From: Balanoglossus misakiensis
Taxonomy: Eukaryota; Animalia; Hemichordata
Direction of reading: 5' to 3'
NCBI GenBank assembly: GCA_040954595.2
Contig: CM082586.2
Coordinates: 7,409,337 to 7,473,336, forward strand
DNA: 64,000 bases
This document shows positions 54,901-64,000 of this stretch, piece by piece; within the stretch, counting starts at the first letter, position 1, and every line of letters starts with the position of its first letter. The position numbers and the translations under genes are program-made. The notes under the pieces are model-generated. The model was not told where the DNA came from and ran no database searches. It saw nothing but the letters and a program-made list of their open reading frames with translations.

Positions 54901-57900
54901 AAAAAAATCATGGGTTATAGCTCATAAAAATCATCCAAAAATGACAATTTTTCGACTTTACGAATTTACAAAATTCCTTCATTTTTTGAAAAAATCATGG
55001 GTTATAGCTCATGAAAATGATCCAAAAATGACAATTTTTCGACTTTGCGAATTTTCATAATTCCTTCATTTTTTGACAAAAATCATGGGTTATAGCTCAT
55101 GAAAATCATCCAAAAATGACAATTTTTCGTCTTTGCGAACTTTCAAAATTTCTTCATTTATTGACATAAATCATGGGTTATAGCTCATGAAAATCATCCG
55201 AAAATGCCAATTTTTCGACTTTGCGAATTGTCAAAATTTCTTCATTTTTTGACAAAAATCATGGGTTATAGCTCATGAAAATGATCCGAAAATGACAATT
55301 TTTTGACTTTGCGAATTTTCAAAATTTCTTCATTTTTTGACAAAAATCATGGGTTATAGCTCATGAAAATCATCCAAAAATGACAATTTCTCGACCTTGC
55401 GAATTTTCATAATTTCTTAATTTTTTGAATAAAATCATGGGTTATAGCTCATGAAAATCATCCGAAAATGCCAATTTTTCGACTTTGCGAATTTTCAAAA
55501 TTTCTTCATTTTTTGACAAAAATCATGGGTTATAGCTCATGAAAATGATCCGAAAATGACAATTTTTCGACTTTGCGAATTTTCAAAATTTCTTCATTTT
55601 TTTACAAAAATCATGGGTTATAGCTCATGAAAATCATACAAAAATGACAATTTCTCGACCTTGCGAATTTTCATAATTTCTTCATTTTTTGAATTAAATC
55701 ATGGGTTATAGCTTATGAAAATCATCCAAAAATGACAATTTTTCGACTTTGCGAATTTTCATAATTCCTTCATTTTTTGAAAAAAATCATGGGTTATAGC
55801 TCATAAAAATCATCCAAAAATGACAATTTTTCGACATTACGAATTTTCAAAATTCCTTCATTTTTTGAAAAAAATCGTGGGTTATAGCTCATGAAAATGA
55901 TCCAAAAAGGACAATTTTTCGACTTTGCGAATTTTCATAATTCCTTCATTTTTTGACAAAAATCATGGGTTATAGCTCATGAAAATCATCCAAAAATGAC
56001 AATTTCTCGACCTTGCGAATATTCATAATTTCTTCATTTTTTGAATAAAATCATGGGTTATAGCTCATGAAAATCATCCAAAAATGACAATTTCTCGACC
56101 TTGCGAATTTTCATAATTCCTTCATATTTTGACAAAAATCATGGGTTATAGCTCATGAAAATGATCCGAAAATGACAATTTTTCGACTTTGCGAATTTTC
56201 ATAATTTCTTAATTTTTTGAATAAAATCATGGGTTATACCTCATGAAAATCATCCGAAAATGCCAATTTTTCGACTTTGCGAATTTTCAAAATTTTTCAT
56301 TTTTTGAATAAAATCATGGGTTTTAGCTCATGAAAATCATACGAAAATGACAATTTTTCGACTTTGCGAATTTTCAAAATTCCTTCATTTTTTGACAAAA
56401 ATCATGGGTTATAGCTCATGAAAATGATCCGAAAATGACAATTTTTCGACTTTGCGAATTTTCATAATTTCTCCTTTTTTGAATAAAATCATGGGTTATA
56501 CCTCATGAAAATGATCCGAAAATGACAATTTTTCGACATTGCGAATTTTCAAAATTTCTTCATTTTTTGAAAAAAATCATGGGTTATAGCTCAGGAAAAT
56601 CATCCAAAAATGACAATTTTTCGACTTTGCGAATTTTCATAATTCCTTCATATTTGACAAAAATCATGGGTTATAGCTCATAAAAATCATACAAAAATGA
56701 CAATTTTTCGACTTTACGAATTTTCAAAATTCCTTCATTTTTTGAAAAAAATCATGGGTTATAGCTCATGAAAATGATCCAAAAATGAAAATTTCTCGAC
56801 TTTGCGAATTTTCAAAATTTTTCATTTTTTGAATAAAATCATGGGTTATAGCTCATGAAAATCATCCGAAAATGACAATTATTCGACTTTTCGAATTTTC
56901 AAAATTTCTTCATTTTTTGAAAAAAATCATGGGTTATAGCTCATGAAAATCATCCAAAAATGACAATTTCTCGACCTTGCGAATTTTCATAATTTCTTCA
57001 TTTTTTGAATAAAATCATGGGTTATAGCTCATGAAAATCATCCAAAAATGACAATTTTTCGACTCTGCGAATTTTCATAATTCCTTCATTTTTTGACAAA
57101 AATCAAGGGTTATAGCTCATGAAAATGATCCGAAAATGACAATTTTTCGACTTTGCGAATTTTCAAAATTTCTTCATTTTTTGACAAAAATCATGGGTTA
57201 TAGCTCAGGAAAATCATCCAAAAATGACAATTTCCCGACCTTGCGAATTTTCATAATTTCTTCATTTTTTGAATAAAATCATGGGTTATAGCTCATGAAA
57301 ATCATCCGAAAATGCCAATTTCTCGGCTTTGCGAATTTTCAACATTTCTTCATTTTTTGACAAAAATCATGGGTTATAGCTCATGAAAATGATCCGAAAA
57401 TGACAATTTCTCGACTTTGCGTATTTTCAAAATTTCTTCATTTTTTGAAAAAAATCATGGGTTATAGCTCATGAAAATCATCCAAAAATGACAATTTTTC
57501 GTTTTGCAAACTTTCAAAATTTCTTCATTTATTGACAAAAATCATGGGTTATAGCTCATGAAAATCATCCAAAAATGGCAATTTTTCGACTTTGCGAATT
57601 TTCAAAATTTCTTCATTTTTTGACAAAAATCATGGGTTATAGCTCATGAAAATCATCCAAAAATGACAATTTTTCGACTTTGCGAATTTTCAAAATTTTC
57701 CATTTTTTGAATAAAATCATGGGTTATAGCTCATGAAAATCATCCGAAAATGACAATTTTTCGACTTTGCCAATTTTCAAAATTTCTTCATTTTTTGAAA
57801 AAAATCATGGGTTATAGCTCATGAAAATCATCCAAAAATGACAATTTCTCGACCTTGCGAATTTTCATAATTCCTTCATTTTTTGACAAAAATCATGGGT

Positions 57901-60900
57901 TATAGCTCATGAAAATGATCCGAAAATGACAATTTTTCGACTTTGCGAATTTTCAAAATTTCTCCTTTTTTGAATAAAATCATGGGTTATACCTCATGAA
58001 AATGATCCGAAAATGACAATTTTTCGACATTGCGAATTTTCAAAATTTCTTCATTTTTTTAAAAAAAATCATGGGTTATAGCTCATGAAAATCATCCAAA
58101 AATGACAATTTTTCGACTTTGCGAATTTTCATAATTCCTTCATATTTGACAAAAATCATGGGTTATAGCTCATAAAAATCATCCAAAAATGCCAATTTTT
58201 CGACTTTACGAATTTTCATAATTCCTTCATTTTTTGACAAAAATCATGGGTTATAGCTCATGAAAATCATCCAAAAATGACAATTTCTCGACCTTGCGAA
58301 TTTTCATAATTTCTTCATTTTTTGAATAAAATCATGGGTTATAGCTCATGAAAATCATCCAAAAATGACAATTTTTCGACTCTGCGAATTTTCATAATTC
58401 CTTCATTTTGTGACAAAAATCAAGGGTTATAGCTCATGAAAATGATCCGAAAATGACAATTTTTCGACCTTGCGAATTTTCAAAATTTCTTCATTTTTTG
58501 AAAAAAATCATGGGTTATAGCTCATGAAAATCATCCAAAAATGACAATTTCTCGACCTTGCGAATTTTCATAATTCCTTCATTTTTTGACAAAAATCATG
58601 GGTTATAGCTCATGAAAATGATCCGAAAATGACAATTTTTCGACTTTGCGAATTTTCAAAATTTCTCCTTTTTTGAATAAAATCATGGGTTATACCTCAT
58701 GAAAATGATCCGAAAATGACAATTTTTCGACATTGCGAATTTTCAAAATTTCTTCATTTTTTTAAAAAAAAATCATGGGTTATAGCTCATGAAAATCATC
58801 CAAAAATGACAATTTTTCGACTTTGCGAATTTTCATAATTCCTTTATATTTGACAAAAATCATGGGTTATAGCTCATAAAAATCATCCAAAAATGACAAT
58901 TTTTCGACTTTACGAATTTTCATAATTCCTTCATTTTTTGACAAAAATCATGGGTTATAGCTCATGAAAATCATCCAAAAATGACAATTTCTCGACCTTG
59001 CGAATTTTCATAATTTCTTCATTTTTTGAATAAAATCATGGGTTATAGGTCATGAAAATCATCCAAAAATGACAATTTTTCGACTCTGCGAATTTTCATA
59101 ATTCCTTCATTTTTTGACAAAAATCAAGGGTTATAGCTCATGAAAATGATCCGAAAATGACAATTTTTCGACTTTGCGAATTTTCAAAATTTTTCATTAT
59201 TTGAATAAAATCATGGGTTATAGCTCAGGAAAATCATCCAAAAATGACAATTTTTCGACTCTGCGAATTTTCATAATTCCTTCATTTTTTGACAAAAATC
59301 AAGGGTTATAGCTCATGAAAATGATCCGAAAATGACAATTTTTCAACTTTGCGAATTTTCAAAATTTCTTCATTTTTTGACAAAAATCATGGGTTATAGC
59401 TCATGAAAATCATCCAAAAATGACAATTTCCCGACCTTGCGAATTTTCATAATTTCTTCATTTTTTGAATAAAATCATGGGTTATAGCTCATGAAAATAA
59501 TCCGAAAATGCCAATTTCTCGGCTTTGCGAATTTTCAAAATTTCTTCATTTTTTGACAAAAATCATGGGTTATAGCTCATGAAAATGATCCGAAAATGAC
59601 AATTTCTCGACTTTGCGAATTTTCAAAATTTCTTCATTTTTTGAAAAAAATCATGGGTTATAGCTCATGAAAATCATCCAAAAATGACAATTTTTCGTTT
59701 TGCGAACTTTCAAAATTTCTTCATTTATTGACAAAAATCATGGGTTATAGCTCATGAAAATCATCCAAAAATGACAATTTTTCGACTTTGCGAATTTTCA
59801 AAATTTCTTCATTTTTTGATTAAAATCATGGGTTATAGCTCATGAAAATCATCCGAAAATGGCAATTTTTCGACTTTGCGAATTTTCAAAATTTCTTCAT
59901 TTTTTGACAAAAATCATGGGTTATAGCTCATGAAAATCATCCAAAAATGACAATTTTTCGACTTTGCGAATTTTCAAAATTTTCCATTTTTTGAATAAAA
60001 TCATGGGTTATAGCTCATGAAAATCATCCGAAAATGACAATTTTTCGACTTTGCCAATTTTCAAAATTTCTTCATTTTTTGAAAAAAATCATGGGTTATA
60101 GCTCATGAAAATCATCCAAAAATGACAATTTCTCGACCTTGCGAATTTTCATAATTCCTTCATTTTTTGACAAAAATCATGGGTTATAGCTCATGAAAAT
60201 GATCCGAAAATGACAATTTTTCGACTTTGCGAATTTTCAAAATTTCTCCTTTTTTGAATAAAATCATGGGTTATACCTCATGAAAATGATCCGAAAATGA
60301 CAATTTTTCGACATTGCGAATTTTCAAAATTTCTTCATTTTTTAAAAAAAAATCATGGGTTATAGCTCATGAAAATCATCCAAAAATGACAATTTTTCGA
60401 CTTTGCGAATTTTCATAATTCCTTCATATTTGACAAAAATCATGGGTTATAGCTCATAAAAATCATCCAAAAATGACAATTTTTCGACCTTGCGAATTTT
60501 CATAATTTCTTCATTTTTTGAATAAAATCATGGGTTATAGCTCATGAAAATCATCCAAAAATGACAATTTCTCGACCTTGCGAATTTTCATAATTCCTTC
60601 ATTTTTTGACAAAAATCATGGGTTATAGCTCATGAAAATGATCCGAAAATGACAATTTTTCGACTTTGCGAATTTTCAAAATTTCTCCTTTTTTGAATAA
60701 AATCATGGGTTATACCTCATGAAAATGATCCGAAAATGACAATTTTTCGACATTGCGAATTTTCAAAATTTCTTCATTTTTTTAAAAAAAATCATGGGTT
60801 ATATATAGCTCATGAAAATCATCCAAAAATGACAATTTCCCGACCTTGCGAATTTTCATAATTTCTTCATTTTTTGAATAAAATCATGGGTTATAGCTCA

Positions 60901-63900
60901 TGAAAATCATCCGAAAATGCCAATTTCTCGGCTTTGCGAATTTTCAAAATTTCTTCATTTTTTGACCAAAATCATGGGTTATAGCTCACGAAAATCATCC
61001 AAAAATGACAATTTTTCGACTTTACGAATTTTCATAATTCCTTCATTTTTTGACAAAAATCATGGGTTATAGCTCATGAAAATCATCCAAAAATGACAAT
61101 TTCTCGACCTTGCGAATTTTCATAATTTCTTCATTTTTTGAATAAAATCATGGGTTATAGCTCATGAAAATCATCCAAAAATGACAATTTTTCGACTCTG
61201 CGAATTTTCATAATTCCTTCATTTTTTGACAAAAATCAAGGGTTATAGCTCATGAAAATGATCCGAAAATGACAATTTTTCGACCTTGCGAATTTTCAAA
61301 ATTTCTTCATTTTTTGAAAAAAATCATGGGTTATAGCTCATGAAAATCATCCAAAAATGACAATTTCTCGACCTTGCGAATTTTCATAATTCCTTCATTT
61401 TTTGACAAAAATCATGGGTTATAGCTCATGAAAATGATCCGAAAATGACAATTTTTCGACTTTGCGAATTTTCAAAATTTCTCCTTTTTTGAATAAAATC
61501 ATGGGTTATACCTCATGAAAATGATCCGAAAATGACAATTTTTCGACATTGCGAATTTTCAAAATTTCTTCATTTTTTTAAAAAAAATCATGGGTTATAC
61601 CTCATGAAAATGATCCGAAAATGACAATTTTTCGACATTGCGAATTTTCAAAATTTCTTCATTTTTTGAAAAAAATCATGGGTTATAGCTCAGGAAAATC
61701 ATCCAAAAATGACAATTTCTCGACCTTGCGAATTTTCATAATTTCTTCATTTTTTGAATAAAATCATGGGTTATAGCTCATGAAAATCATCCAAAAATGA
61801 CAATTTCTCGACCTTGCGAATTTTCATAATTTCTTCATTTTTTGAATAAAATCATGGGTTATAGCTCATGAAAATCATCCAAAAATGACAATTTTTCGAC
61901 TCTGCGAATTTTCATAATTCCTTCATTTTTTGACAAAAATCAAGGGTTATAACTCATGAAAATGATCCGAAAATGACAATTTTTCGACTTTGCGAATTTT
62001 CAAAATTTTTCATTTTTTGAATAAAATCATGGGTTTTAGCTCATGAAAATCATCCGAAAATGAAAATTTTTCGACTTTGCGAATTTTCAAAATTCCTTCA
62101 TTTTTTGACAAAAATCATGGGTTATAGCTCATGAAAATGATCCGAAAATGACAATTTTTCGACTTTGCGAATTTTCAAAATTTCTTCATTTTTTGAAAAA
62201 AATCATGGGCTATAGCTGATGAAAATCATCCAAAAATGACAATTTTTCGACTTTGCGAATTTTCAAAATTTTTCATTTTTTGAATAAAATCATGGGTTTT
62301 AGCTCATGAAAATCATCCGAAAATGACAATTTTTCGACTTTGCGAATTTTCAAAATTTCTTCATTTTTTGAAAAAAATCATGGGTTATAGCTCATGAAAA
62401 TCATCCAAAAATGACAATTTCTCGACCTTGCGAATTTTCATAATTTCTTCATTTTTTGAATAAAATCATGGGTTATAGTTCATGAAAATCATCCAAAAAT
62501 GACAATTTTTCGTCTCTGCGAATTTTCATAATTCCTTCATTTTTTGACAAAAATCAAGGGTTATAGCTCATGAAAATGATTCGAAAATGACAATTTTTCG
62601 ACTCTGCGGATTTTCAAAATTTCTTCATTTTTTGAAAAAAATCATGGGTTATAGCTCACGAAAATCATCCAAAAATGACAATTTTTCGACTTTACGAATT
62701 TTCATAATTCCTTCATTTTTTGACAAAAATCATGGGTTATAGCTCATGAAAATCATCCAAAAATGACAATTTCTCGACCTTGCGAATTTTCATAATTCCT
62801 TCATTTTTTGACAAAAATCATGGGTTATAGCTCATGAAAATGATCCGAAAATGACAATTTTTCGACTTTGCGAATTTTCAAAATTTCTCCTTTTTTGAAT
62901 AAAATCATGGGTTATACCTCATGAAAATGATCCGAAAATGACAATTTTTCAACATTGCGAATTTTCAAAATTTCTTCATTTTTTTAAAAAAAATCATGGG
63001 TTATAGCTCATGAAAATCATCCAAAAATGACAATTTTTCGACTTTGCGAATTTTCATAATTCCTTCATATTTGACAAAAATCATGGGTTATAGCTCATAA
63101 AAATCATCCAAAAATGACAATTTTTCGACTTTACGAATTTTCATAATTCCTTCATTTTTTGACAAAAATCATGGGTTATAGCTCATGAAAATCATCCAAA
63201 AATGACAATTTCTCGACCTTGCGAATTTTCATAATTTCTTCATTTTTTGAATAAAATCATGGGTTATAGCTCATGAAAATCATCCGAAAATGCCAATTTC
63301 TCGGCTTTGCGAATTTTCAAAATTTCTTCATTTTTTGACAAAAATCATGGGTTATAGCTCATGAAAATGATTCGAAAATGACAATTTCTCGACTTTGCGA
63401 ATTTTCAAAATTTTTCATTTTTTGAATAAAATCATGGGTTTTAGCTCATGAAAATCATCCGAAAATGACAATTTTTCGTCTTTGCGAATTTTCAAAATTT
63501 CTTCATTTTTTGAAAAAAATCATGGGTTATAGCTCATGAAAATCATCCAAAAATGACAATTTCTCGACCTTGCGAATTTTCATAATTTCTTCATTTTTTG
63601 AATAAAATCATGGGTTATAGTTCATGAAAATCATCCAAAAATGACAATTTTTCGTCTCTGCGAATTTTCATAATTCCTTCATTTTTTGACAAAAATCAAG
63701 GGTTATAGCTCATGAAAATGATTCGAAAATGACAATTTTTCGACTTTGCGAATTTTCAAAATTTCTTCATTTTTTGACAAAAATCATGGGTTATAGCTCA
63801 TGAAAATCATCCAAAAATGACAATTTCCCGACCTTGCGAATTTTCATAATTTCTTCATTTTTTGAATAAAATCATGGGTTATAGCTCATGAAAATCATCC

Positions 63901-64000
63901 GAAAATGCCAATTTCTCGGCTTTGCGAATTTTCAAAATTTCTTCATTTTTTGACAAAAATCATGGGTTATAGCTCATGAAAATGATCCGAAAATGACAAT
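39969..64000 (+). repeat. 88-bp AT-rich satellite DNA array (~273 monomers, continues beyond the window)
   Basis: Consensus aaaaatcatgggttatagctcatgaaaatcatccaaaaatgacaatttttcgactttgcgaattttcaaaatttcttcattttttgac. The ggg motif recurs at 40021, 40109 and 40197 (period 88). The array is head-to-tail with no foreign insertion seen and no ORF of 60 aa or more in the supplied track. Confidence 0.99.

Noticed and set aside
39969-64000. CRISPR array or repetitive coding gene
   Set aside because: Units are contiguous near-identical 88-mers without unique spacers. There are no cas genes, the period is not a multiple of 3, and no ORF of 60 aa or more is present.

Overview
Eukaryotic DNA, not prokaryotic. 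It has no long ORFs and no operons, and it carries microsatellites and MITEs. CpG is not obviously depleted, which suggests an invertebrate animal (inference only). There are two compartments. (1) Positions 1-39,900 are mostly non-coding. They hold several inverted-repeat non-autonomous DNA transposons (some TTAA-flanked, Kolobok-like), simple repeats, and a possible minus-strand gene: a TATA/CCAAT/CRE promoter near 29.9 kb, a signal-peptide-like first coding exon at 29,502-29,592 with a consensus GTAAGT donor, and one further candidate exon at 180-441. No protein family could be recognised. (2) Positions ~39,970-64,000 are the left edge and first 24 kb of an AT-rich 88-bp satellite array (~273 monomers) that runs off the window end. 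The array begins abruptly after a (TG)n/(TGGA)n tract with one inverted monomer. It is built of successive duplication blocks (3-, 6-, 16/19-, 9/22- and 8/25-26-mer periods), each with private variants. The satellite architecture is the most notable signal. I see no evidence for a novel protein-coding system. Coordinates and periods were counted by eye and should be confirmed computationally.
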